Part shown: positions 50,674 through 59,109 of the stretch, in pieces
How positions within the stretch are numbered: position 1 is the first letter of the stretch
Layout: each line of letters begins with the position of its first letter
Source: Candidatus Firestoneibacteriota bacterium
GTDB lineage: Bacteria; Oederibacteriota; D2-FULL-39-29; JBBTED01
Assembly (NCBI GenBank): GCA_038042445.1
Contig: JBBTED010000048.1
Location: forward strand, 1-64,000
Direction: 5' to 3'
Length of the DNA stretch: 64,000 nucleotides
Program-made: the position numbers and the translations under genes
Notes under the pieces: generated by a model
Database searches by the model: none
Seen by the model: only the letters and a program-made list of their open reading frames with translations
Told to the model about the DNA's origin: nothing

Positions 50674-50746
50674 GACCACCTTAAAATTATTGAGTATTTT
50701 CATTTGGAACTGGGTTCAGTGAAGACTTACAACTCACAACACAATG

Positions 50747-51433
50747 TTATTTTCCTAAAGATATCATAACCTCGGTAATATAAATCCCTGATTGGGGTTT
50801 CTCATTACCAGCAAATTGAAAACTAATATTTGCTATACCAACTATTTCTTCTAAAGGTGGACACAATTCATCAAAAAATAATTCTAATGGAATAAGAACT
50901 TTCTGCCAGGTATCAGGATTATTATCTATAATCTCTCCTTCTAAATATTTGTCTATTCGTATACAATTAGGATTTTTACCTGATTTGTCTTTAGGTGTAT
51001 ATTTTGTATTATCACGTTTAAGAAATTCAAAACAAATCTGGATTTTTTGTCCTCCCTGAAAATTCCCTGACACATTTTTCCCACCATTTATATAAAAATT
51101 TAATACGCCATTTTCCAAATAAGATTTTTTAAGCATTATTGCATTTGAAAATCCTTTAGAGTCTTTATCAAAAAAGCTTGAACCACTATAAACCTTTCCG
51201 GTCTCAGGATGAATATCAATCAGAAAAGATAAAGATGTCCCTTTTTTTACTATTTCCCTGTTTTCAGTTGTAATAGTTCCCCAGAATTTTGGGCCTGTAA
51301 ATGTCCAGCCAGAAGCAAGCCCTGTTTCTCCAGAAATAATATACACATCACCCTGAGCTGATATATTTCCTGCTACAAAAAAAACTACCAGTATTCCTAC
51401 TACTACTTTTACTTTTGCAGACATATAGTTCAC
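50747..51433 (-). CDS. Exported protein with a putative galactose-binding-like/CBM fold
   Basis: Signal peptide; L.FYING and WQKVLIPL..F motifs; ends GIYITEV. Confidence 0.55.
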   Translation of the reverse strand: MNYMSAKVKVVVGILVVFFVAGNISAQGDVYIISGETGLASGWTFTGPKFWGTITTENREIVKKGTSLSFLIDIHPETGKVYSGSSFFDKDSKGFSNAIMLKKSYLENGVLNFYINGGKNVSGNFQGGQKIQICFEFLKRDNTKYTPKDKSGKNPNCIRIDKYLEGEIIDNNPDTWQKVLIPLELFFDELCPPLEEIVGIANISFQFAGNEKPQSGIYITEVMISLGK

Positions 51434-51473
51434 CTCCTCGTGTAAATTTATGCGTATCTTATAGATATTCTTG

Positions 51474-51584
51474 GTAGTACAGGGTCTTTAGACCATGTAT
51501 ATCCTTTATAATATTTCATCGTTTCCTACAGACAAATTGTTTATTCATTTTTTATTTATGAATGGTCTAAAGACCATTCATTAC
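51474..51584. repeat. REPIN (long-stem variant)
   Basis: GTAG-TACAGGGTC-TTTA-GACCATGTA, and on the minus strand GTAA-TGAATGGTC-TTTA-GACCATTCA. Confidence 0.75.
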
Positions 51585-51589
51585 CTGGC

Positions 51590-51613
51590 CCCTGAAACAA
51601 GTTCAGGGTGACA
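51590..51613 (-). repeat. GTCAC-type palindrome
   Basis: Minus strand TGTCA-CCCTGAAC-TTG-TTTCAGGG hairpin, just downstream of the URO-D-like gene. Confidence 0.65.
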
Positions 51614-51619
51614 ATATTG

Positions 51620-52684
51620 TCAAAAATCTGTTACTTCATCTATGCCATCCATAATCGCTGAAAAATTTTGTTTTCTACGCTCCTCTGGTACACTTTCTGT
51701 TATACCTATAATAAAACCATTTCCAGGAGATGCTTCTTCAATTAATTTTATAGTATTTTTTCGCACTTCTTCAACAGGTTTTAAATGCCATGCACTTGGA
51801 TAATTTATCCATAATACTTTGTTTTGCCAGTATTTTTTAGCTTCTTTAACTGAAGGTCCAATTCCAGCATCATAAGCTTCTATATAATCCAATTTTGTTT
51901 TAGCCACAGCAGACATAATAAGGGTATTATCTCCATCTAAATGTGTTCCAATTAATTTTCCTTTTTTATGCAACATTTCTGCAGCCTCATTGTAATTTGG
52001 CACATAATATTTTTCAAAGTTTTCTACTCCAATAATTTGTGGTGTAACATTACCGCCGTAAGCACAAATTTCAATAGGACTATTTGCAACAATAGGATAT
52101 ATTTTGCGAGCTATTACTAAAAGTGCTTCATACAATTTTAGAATTTCGTCTCTGTTGTCCATCCACTCAATACAAAAAATTTCATCTTTCATATAAGAAG
52201 AACCAACTAAATTTTGCATTGGTTGTTGAGGTAGATTGTCAATTACAATAAAGTCTTCTCCTAAATCTTTAACTGATTTTTCTGCCTCGTCATAATTTGA
52301 TTCTACAATAGTATCTTTGATAAAATAAAGTATTTTCTTGTAATCATCTGAACTCTTAAACATTCCTTCATGTCTCCACGTAGTAAAACCAAATGGCTCT
52401 TCTAAAGTAGTTAAATCTCCATAAGGAGTAGTATAAATAGTTAATATTAAATCTTTACCATCACTATCTTTATAATGTTTTGACTCTATTTTCACGTTTG
52501 GATGATGTATTTTATATGAACGTAAAAATCTTTCTACAATACAAAGACCTCTATTTCTCAATTCTTTTTCACTTGTAGATTGTGAAATATGATGCCCCTT
52601 ATAAATAGTAAATGGAATTTTGTCTGGTTTACCACTATGCAAAGCTGTCATTACTCTTTGACGCGGAGTTATTTCTTTTGTCAT
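51620..52684 (-). CDS. Uroporphyrinogen decarboxylase / MtaA-CmuA-like TIM-barrel protein
   Basis: MT..ITPRQRVM.AL..GKPDKIP, TPYGDLT, HKKGK..GTHLDG and GNGFIIG motifs. Confidence 0.75.
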   Translation of the reverse strand: MTKEITPRQRVMTALHSGKPDKIPFTIYKGHHISQSTSEKELRNRGLCIVERFLRSYKIHHPNVKIESKHYKDSDGKDLILTIYTTPYGDLTTLEEPFGFTTWRHEGMFKSSDDYKKILYFIKDTIVESNYDEAEKSVKDLGEDFIVIDNLPQQPMQNLVGSSYMKDEIFCIEWMDNRDEILKLYEALLVIARKIYPIVANSPIEICAYGGNVTPQIIGVENFEKYYVPNYNEAAEMLHKKGKLIGTHLDGDNTLIMSAVAKTKLDYIEAYDAGIGPSVKEAKKYWQNKVLWINYPSAWHLKPVEEVRKNTIKLIEEASPGNGFIIGITESVPEERRKQNFSAIMDGIDEVTDF

Positions 52685-52708
52685 AATTATTTTACCTTTC
52701 TTATTTAC

Positions 52709-53365
52709 CTACCACATAGTCTTTTTGTAAAGAACAACACTTGACTTTGAAACAGTAGGAGTAGTGGAAAAATTGTTTCTACTACAAACTTCTTGCCACC
52801 AATCTATGTGATCTTTAGAAGTGATAAGTTGAATATAAGCATTAGCTGGCATTTCAGTTTGCATAAAAAAATTAAGTATTTTATACTTTAGTTCTTTTTG
52901 CAATTCAGAGTATTTTTTTTCGTTGTAAAGATTATTCCATTCCAAAGGATCTTTCTTTAAATCATACAGCTCACCAGTAAATGGTTTTCCTGACATTTGT
53001 GTAAATTTAGAAGATGGAAGTGTTAATTTATACCTTTTTGTTCTCACAGTTTTTGAAAATAACCATTCAGAAAATATCCCTTCTTTTCCAGATACCAAAC
53101 CGCCATCTGCCAACAACATAGGCAATAAACTTTTTCCCTGAACCATTGTCACTACAAAGTTTTCCTGTCTTGTTGGATAACTTACAGGAATTGGAATGTC
53201 TACAACTTCACAAATAGTTGGAAATATATCAATGCTTTCAACTAATTGATGCCGGACCTCTCCTTTTACAAATTTTTTTGGAAATTTTAAAATCATAGGA
53301 ATTTTTATTATTGCATCATAGTTAAATCTTTTTATACATTGATTGGTTGTTAGATGTTTATCCAT
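52709..53365 (-). pseudogene. C-terminal fragment of a sulfatase (catalytic N-terminus missing)
   Basis: IKIPMIL..P, LVESIDIFPTI, QGKSL and GELYDLKKDP.EW.NL are present. There is no CxPxR, and no room upstream because it overlaps the oxidoreductase gene. Confidence 0.75.
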
Positions 53366-54345
53366 TGATTTTCAGAAATAGAACGCAGACACGCTTCTAC
53401 GATTTCTAATGCTTTAATTCCATCTTCTGGTGATATTTTGGGGTCTTTCGTTATTCCACCAACATAATTTAAAAAATGCTTTTGTTGTAGATAAAATCTG
53501 GATTCTCCCTTGCCAACTTTCACAATCGGTTTAGAGTTTGATTTAGAATTCATAAAAATCAATTCCCCTGCCCAGTTATTTTTAGAAAAATCTATATGAA
53601 TAGAACCATCTGTGCCATCAATTTCAAGCACATTTGATGAATTTGGAGTAGTCCAGCTACCTTCCAATGTCCCTATTACTCCATTTTTATCACGAAGTAA
53701 TATAATTAAATTTTCATCAATGTTTTTCTCATTATGTAAAGTATTTGCAATAGCAAATACACCTTTTATCTCTCCTACAATATATCTGAATAAATCTATA
53801 GAATGAGGAGAACTTTCCTGTAATACTCCACCTGCCAATTCTTTTTTGCTTTTCCATGAAAAAATTTCAGGATTATAAAACATTCCGAAACGATTACGAA
53901 ACATTCTTATTTTACCTAACATTCCTTTTTTAATTATTTTTTGTGCTTCATTTACTAATTCATGAAATCTAAAACAAAAACCAGTTAGCAAGATAACTTT
54001 TTTTTCTTTTGCCAAATTAACTAATTGTTTACCGTCTTTTACATTTAATGCTAACGGTTTTTCACAAAGAACTGATATTTTTCTATTTATTGCTTCTGAA
54101 ACAACTTCTTTGTGTGTATGAGGAGGAGTACATATGCTAACTGCTTTTATTGATTCTCTTTTAAACATTTCCCTAAAATCAGTATAGACTTTAACTTTAA
54201 ATTGCTGGGTAGCTTGTTTTAACAAATTATCATTTGCATCTGAAACAGCAACTAATCTGCAATTTTTTAATTCAGAATAACATTTTATATGTATTTGACC
54301 TATTCCGGCCCCAATTACAGCAACAGGTATTTTTTTATTACTCAT
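53350..54345 (-). CDS. Gfo/Idh/MocA-family oxidoreductase
   Basis: VIGAGIG, ICTPPHTH, LCEKPLA and GGVL....H.ID motifs. Confidence 0.93.
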   Translation of the reverse strand: MSNKKIPVAVIGAGIGQIHIKCYSELKNCRLVAVSDANDNLLKQATQQFKVKVYTDFREMFKRESIKAVSICTPPHTHKEVVSEAINRKISVLCEKPLALNVKDGKQLVNLAKEKKVILLTGFCFRFHELVNEAQKIIKKGMLGKIRMFRNRFGMFYNPEIFSWKSKKELAGGVLQESSPHSIDLFRYIVGEIKGVFAIANTLHNEKNIDENLIILLRDKNGVIGTLEGSWTTPNSSNVLEIDGTDGSIHIDFSKNNWAGELIFMNSKSNSKPIVKVGKGESRFYLQQKHFLNYVGGITKDPKISPEDGIKALEIVEACLRSISENQWINI

Positions 54346-55172
54346 TCCTTTCCTCCTAAACTTAATATGAAATCCATGTTTCTTGAAATATCATCCATTA
54401 TCCGTAAAGGGAAATATCTATAAGAAGGTATTTCAGCAACAATATAACCTTTATACTCCATTTGTTTTAATTTTTCCATAACTTCTACCCAGTTTATATC
54501 ACCCTGAAGAAGTTGAGTGTATGCCTGGGGATACAATCGCACGTTACTTTTAAAATCTTTAAAATGTATACCTTTAATTTTTTTTCCTAAAATAGATATC
54601 CATTGTTGAGGATACCCATCAATCATAGCATTAGCTGTATCAAGATATAAACCAATATTGGAATATGCAATCTCTTCCAAAAATTTGTTGAATTCTAATG
54701 GGCTATGTAAAAATTTCATGCCTCCATTCTCTAGTCCAATATTTATTCCATATTTCTCAGCAATCTTTCCAAGTGAACGTAGCACATCCACAGATTGATT
54801 ATATACCTCAATATAATCCGATTCTTCAGTCAGCAAACCAGGAATTAAAAGAACAGTATCTGCTTCAAGAACACTAGCTATTTCAATCATACGTTTGGCT
54901 ATTTTAATGCCATATTCTCTTATTTCCTTATCACTATCGCTCAAACTATACTGCCAATGTAACCCACTAGCAACACTACTAATCTTTATTCCAATTTTGT
55001 TCGCTTTTTTAAGAAAAGCCTTCAACTGGTTATATGTTACTCCTAAAAAAATTTCTCCTTCAGTTTCAAGATTTAGTTCTACACCTTCAAAACCAGATCC
55101 TTTCGCTAAATGAAAAAATTCTTCTGTTTTTATTTTGGAAGGCAAACACCATTTATTCAAAGCTTTTTGCAT
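54342..55172 (-). CDS. Sugar phosphate isomerase/epimerase (hexulose/xylulose-5P epimerase-like)
   Basis: GFEGVEL, GLEN, YLDTAN, IHFKD and G.INW motifs. Confidence 0.88.
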   Translation of the reverse strand: MQKALNKWCLPSKIKTEEFFHLAKGSGFEGVELNLETEGEIFLGVTYNQLKAFLKKANKIGIKISSVASGLHWQYSLSDSDKEIREYGIKIAKRMIEIASVLEADTVLLIPGLLTEESDYIEVYNQSVDVLRSLGKIAEKYGINIGLENGGMKFLHSPLEFNKFLEEIAYSNIGLYLDTANAMIDGYPQQWISILGKKIKGIHFKDFKSNVRLYPQAYTQLLQGDINWVEVMEKLKQMEYKGYIVAEIPSYRYFPLRIMDDISRNMDFILSLGGKE

Positions 55173-55334
55173 TTTACTCTCCTATCAGGAATTTGTTTAA
55201 ATTTACCACATTTTTCTCTCTAACGGTTTGTCATTTTTCATCAAATTTCATATTTATTCCTAATAATTATTATACTATAAAGGTATTGCTTTGTCTTTAG
55301 ATAGAAAAAAGATTATTTATATAAAAGAAAGGTT

Positions 55335-56210
55335 TTATTTTGTTTTAGATAATTGCATAAATTGAGATGGAGTAAGTCCTTCCATTTTTTTAAACATTAA
55401 ACTGAAATAGTGTATATCCTGAAATCCTACTTTAAAAGCAATTTCACTGATATTAAAAGATGTAGAACTCATTAACTTTTTGGAGTTATAAATCCTTATT
55501 TTGTTTACATACTTCATTAATGGTAAACCTGTATATTTTTTAAAAACAGTAGTTAAATATATAGGATTTAATCCTACAATTTTAGCCAATATTGTTCTGT
55601 TAAGTTTGATATTAAAATGTTGATTAATATAATTAATTAAATGTATAACGTTAGATCTTGCCTTTCCATTTTTAATTGTTTTATTTTTAGAAATTCTGAA
55701 TAATAGAATCAAAAGTTCCTTTAAATAAGTATTACATATTGTTTTGTAATATATTTTTTTTTCTTCAAATTCTGAAATTATAGTTTCAAGTAGTTCTTTA
55801 ACTTTTAAAGAATTAGGTATATAGAATTTTGATATAATTTTTATATTCTCTTTAAATATAGGTGTGGCTCTAAATTGTCTTTTGTGTATATTTTTTCCAT
55901 CTACTACTGAATAGATAAAATTTTCACTATCAGTTTGTTTAAAAAAATCAAAATGTACACCTAAAAATTCATAAGGCTCAGAATATGATGTTTTAACAAA
56001 ATGCACTACTGTTGGATGAATAAGAACCAAATCATTTTCTTTTACATCATAACAATGAGAATCAATAGTGAAGTTTCCTTTGCCTTTGATAATATAAATA
56101 AGCTCATGGTCATAGATTTTTCGGAGTACACAATTTCCTCCAGGTATATATTTCGTTTTACCTGCCCAACGGATATACGGATCTAAATTTTCTATTAGAT
56201 AGTGTTTCAT
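55335..56210 (-). CDS. AraC-family regulator with a cupin domain
   Basis: ELIYIIKGKG cupin; dual HTH ISEIAFKVGFQDIHYFS..FKK.EG.TP. Likely start ATG 56210. Confidence 0.9.
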   Translation of the reverse strand: MKHYLIENLDPYIRWAGKTKYIPGGNCVLRKIYDHELIYIIKGKGNFTIDSHCYDVKENDLVLIHPTVVHFVKTSYSEPYEFLGVHFDFFKQTDSENFIYSVVDGKNIHKRQFRATPIFKENIKIISKFYIPNSLKVKELLETIISEFEEKKIYYKTICNTYLKELLILLFRISKNKTIKNGKARSNVIHLINYINQHFNIKLNRTILAKIVGLNPIYLTTVFKKYTGLPLMKYVNKIRIYNSKKLMSSTSFNISEIAFKVGFQDIHYFSLMFKKMEGLTPSQFMQLSKTK

Positions 56211-56323
56211 ATAAAATGGCAAATTTATTACATCAATTAAAATGATACACAATAAAATCTTTATTATCAATAGCAATTTTTTATTGTGTTTTCAATTTAG
56301 GATGGTATAATATCGTAACAATA

Positions 56324-56719
56324 ATGAATCGACCTAAAATGAAAAGTTATGAATTAAAACATGCAAAAGCGGGAATTAGTGCAAAACTTCCAGATATTGA
56401 ATGTTGGCAGAACCAGTTTAAAAAATACGAAATAACTATCACAATATCTGAATTTACATCTGTATGTCCAAAAACAGGGTTGCCTGATTTTGGCACAATA
56501 ACAATAAAATACATTCCTGATAAATTATGTTTAGAATTAAAATCATTAAAAATGTATATGTTTTCTTATAGAAATTTAGGTATTTTTTATGAAAATGTTG
56601 TAAATAAAATATTAAATGACATTGTTAAAGCATGCAAGCCAAAATCTGCTATAGTTACTGGTGAATTCAAAACACGTGGTGGAATGAATTCAATAATTAC
56701 TGCCAAATATCTTCGTTAA
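56324..56719 (+). CDS. queF: 7-cyano-7-deazaguanine reductase (short QueF)
   Basis: EFTSVCPKTGLPDFG, ELKSLKMY, YE and F.TRGG motifs; extended -10 TGgTATAAT upstream. Confidence 0.95.
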   Translation: MNRPKMKSYELKHAKAGISAKLPDIECWQNQFKKYEITITISEFTSVCPKTGLPDFGTITIKYIPDKLCLELKSLKMYMFSYRNLGIFYENVVNKILNDIVKACKPKSAIVTGEFKTRGGMNSIITAKYLR

Positions 56720-56770
56720 TAATAATATATTAACGTAATTAAAATATTTTTGTGATTTTTGATTTTCTTT

Positions 56771-56950
56771 GTAGTCACTCACCTATGCGAGTGTTTTTTA
56801 ATCGCAGGCTAAAGAGTCTGTGCCAAAAGGTGTCATTCTGAGGCGATAGCCGAAGAATCTCGCTTTAAAGTCTTTTAAAAACGAGATCCTTCACTTCGTT
56901 CAGGATGACAAAATGGGGTTTTGGCACAAGCTCTAAAGCCTGCGGCTACC
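56771..56950. repeat. REPIN whose right arm is interrupted by a MITE
   Basis: Left arm GTAGTCACTCACCTATGCGAGTG; right arm CGCAGGC-TAAA-[insert]-TAAA-GCCTGCGGCTAC. Confidence 0.85.
56814..56933. mobile_element. 120 bp MITE with 15 bp TIRs and a 4 bp TAAA target duplication
   Basis: GAGTCTGTGCCAAAA ... TTTTGGCACAAGCTC (13/15 inverted match); TAAA at 56810-13 and 56934-37; internal GTCAT palindrome pair at 56831-56910. Confidence 0.85.
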
Positions 56951-56967
56951 TTTGGATTCTATTTTGG

Positions 56968-58716
56968 TTATATATCTGCAGGAAGAACACGCATAATTTC
57001 TGCCATTGTGGTTATGCCTTGTGCTACTAACTGAATTCCATTTTGTTTCATATTGGGCATATTATTTTTTTGAGAAGCTTCTCTTAAAACACTTAATTTT
57101 TCTTTTTCAAGTATTAAACTACGCATTATTTCATCAATAATTAATAACTCAAATATTCCTGTTCTCCCAGAATATCCAGTATTTCCACAATGGTCACACC
57201 CTTTAGGTCTATAAAATCTTGCTTCATCTGTTAAAGATTTTAGATTCAGATTTTCAAGAATCTTTTTAGGTGGATTATATGACTCTTTACAATGTCCACA
57301 TAAAGTTCTGACTAATCTTTGTGCCAAAATACATGTAACAGAAGAAACAAGAAGATAGGGTTCAATTCCCATATTTAATATCCGTGTTATTGTACTCACT
57401 GCATCAGTAGTATGAATTGTGCTTAATATTAATCTACCAATTAAAGCAGCATTTATTGCTATTTCACAAGTTTCTTTGTCTCTGATTTCTCCAACTAAAA
57501 TTATATCAGGATCCTGCCTCAAACAAGATCTTAAGGCATTTGCAAAAGTAAAATCTATTTTAGTATTAATCTGTGTTTGTATAATTCCACTTTCCTGAGT
57601 ATCTCCTAAAATGAGATCGTATTCTATAGGATCTTCTAAAGTTATAATATTTTTTGATGGAGATTTAATTTTATTAACAGTTGCATATAGTGTACTGGTT
57701 TTTCCACTCCCAGTTGGTCCTGCTACTAAAATAATTCCACTGGTTGTAGTTAGCATTTCTTCATATTTTGCCTGCACAAGAGGTAAAAACCCAAGATGAT
57801 GAGTGTCAAATATAAAACTACTTTTGTCAAGCACACGAATAACTATTTTTTCTCCATGTTTTGACGGTAAAGTAGAAACTCTGAAATCAATGAATCTGTT
57901 AAGGATACTCATTTGTATTTGTCCATCCTGAGGTATCCGTTTTTCGGTTATATCAATATTCGACATTACTTTAATTCTTGAAGTAAATGCAGGTTGAATG
58001 TCTTTGGGCAAAGATTCAACTGCATGCAAAATGCCATCAATTCTGAATCTAATAAAAATCGAATTTACCTGTGGTTCAATATGCACATCACTGGCATTAG
58101 AACTCACAGCTTCATACAAAATTGCGTCTACTAACTTTATTATAATAGGTGTATTTGCAATATCTTTTATATTTATTGAAGCAATATTTTCACTTGCTAA
58201 TAATTGTTTAACAATTGTTTTTTTTGTGTCATTTTTTTTAAGAGAATAGAACTTTTCAATGGCTTTGCTTATACCAGATTCTAAAGCAACTAAAGGTTTT
58301 ATTGCGTAACCTATAATATATTGAATAGAATCTAATGTGTTTATGTCATTTGGAGAACTTATTGCAATAGTAATTTCATTTTCTTTTAATTCTATAGGAA
58401 TAGCTGTATATTTTTTAGCGATATTTTCTGGAAAAATTTTTAGCAATTTTTCATTGATTTTTATTCCATTTAAATTTATATATGGCACTTTATAATATTC
58501 TTCTAACATAGATGGAATTTCATTTTCTTCTATTATTTTCATCCGCATTAAAATTTCTTCTGTAGATTCCTTGGGATTATTTTGTTTTTTAAAAGTTATA
58601 TCTGCAATCTGACTTTCAGAAATTTTTCCGGTTTTCAGAAGGATATTTATCAATTGGTTAGCCATATACCACTCACTTCGTTCGGGTATATGGTTAGAAA
58701 ATGGAGTTTGTGTCAT
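56968..58716 (-). CDS. GspE/PilB-family assembly ATPase
   Basis: ASDVHIEP, PQDG, GPTGSGKT, LEDPIEY, LRQDPDIILVGEIRD and Zn CxxC...CxxC motifs. Confidence 0.93.
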   Translation of the reverse strand: MTQTPFSNHIPERSEWYMANQLINILLKTGKISESQIADITFKKQNNPKESTEEILMRMKIIEENEIPSMLEEYYKVPYINLNGIKINEKLLKIFPENIAKKYTAIPIELKENEITIAISSPNDINTLDSIQYIIGYAIKPLVALESGISKAIEKFYSLKKNDTKKTIVKQLLASENIASINIKDIANTPIIIKLVDAILYEAVSSNASDVHIEPQVNSIFIRFRIDGILHAVESLPKDIQPAFTSRIKVMSNIDITEKRIPQDGQIQMSILNRFIDFRVSTLPSKHGEKIVIRVLDKSSFIFDTHHLGFLPLVQAKYEEMLTTTSGIILVAGPTGSGKTSTLYATVNKIKSPSKNIITLEDPIEYDLILGDTQESGIIQTQINTKIDFTFANALRSCLRQDPDIILVGEIRDKETCEIAINAALIGRLILSTIHTTDAVSTITRILNMGIEPYLLVSSVTCILAQRLVRTLCGHCKESYNPPKKILENLNLKSLTDEARFYRPKGCDHCGNTGYSGRTGIFELLIIDEIMRSLILEKEKLSVLREASQKNNMPNMKQNGIQLVAQGITTMAEIMRVLPADI

Positions 58717-58719
58717 AGA

Positions 58720-59097
58720 TTATTCCTTTTGTGCTAATAATTTTTTTATTTGGAGTGATAATTCAGGATAATCAAATGGTTTTGGTGCATATTCATCTGC
58801 TCCACATTCAAAACTCATCAAGGTATCTACATTTTGAGTTTTAGCTGTTAAAATGATAACAGGTATATCTTTTGTCTGTGGATTTTCTTTTACTTTTTTG
58901 CATACTTCCCAGCCATTTACTTCAGGCATCATTACATCAAGTATGAGAAGGTCATATTTATTAGAAGCGATTTTGTTAAGTGCCTCTTTCCCAGTAGAAC
59001 TTATTTCAGCTTCATATCCATCAAGTTCTAAATATCGTTTAAGAATTCTGGCTATATCCGGTTCATCATCTGCAAGAAGTATTTTTTTAGTAGACAT
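58720..59097 (-). CDS. Single-domain response regulator
   Basis: ILLADDE, LDVMMP, LTA and KPF motifs. Confidence 0.93.
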   Translation of the reverse strand: MSTKKILLADDEPDIARILKRYLELDGYEAEISSTGKEALNKIASNKYDLLILDVMMPEVNGWEVCKKVKENPQTKDIPVIILTAKTQNVDTLMSFECGADEYAPKPFDYPELSLQIKKLLAQKE

Positions 59098-59109
59098 TTT
59101 ATTTTCCTC

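Noticed and set aside
56324..56719. queF as part of a 7-deazaguanine DNA-modification (dpd) cluster or under a preQ1 riboswitch
   Set aside because: No dpdA/queCDE neighbours, it is 50 kb from the R-M island, and the leader is too short for a riboswitch.
15271..56950. Palindromic repeats as a CRISPR array
   Set aside because: They are dispersed inverted doublets, not direct repeats with unique spacers, and no cas genes are present.
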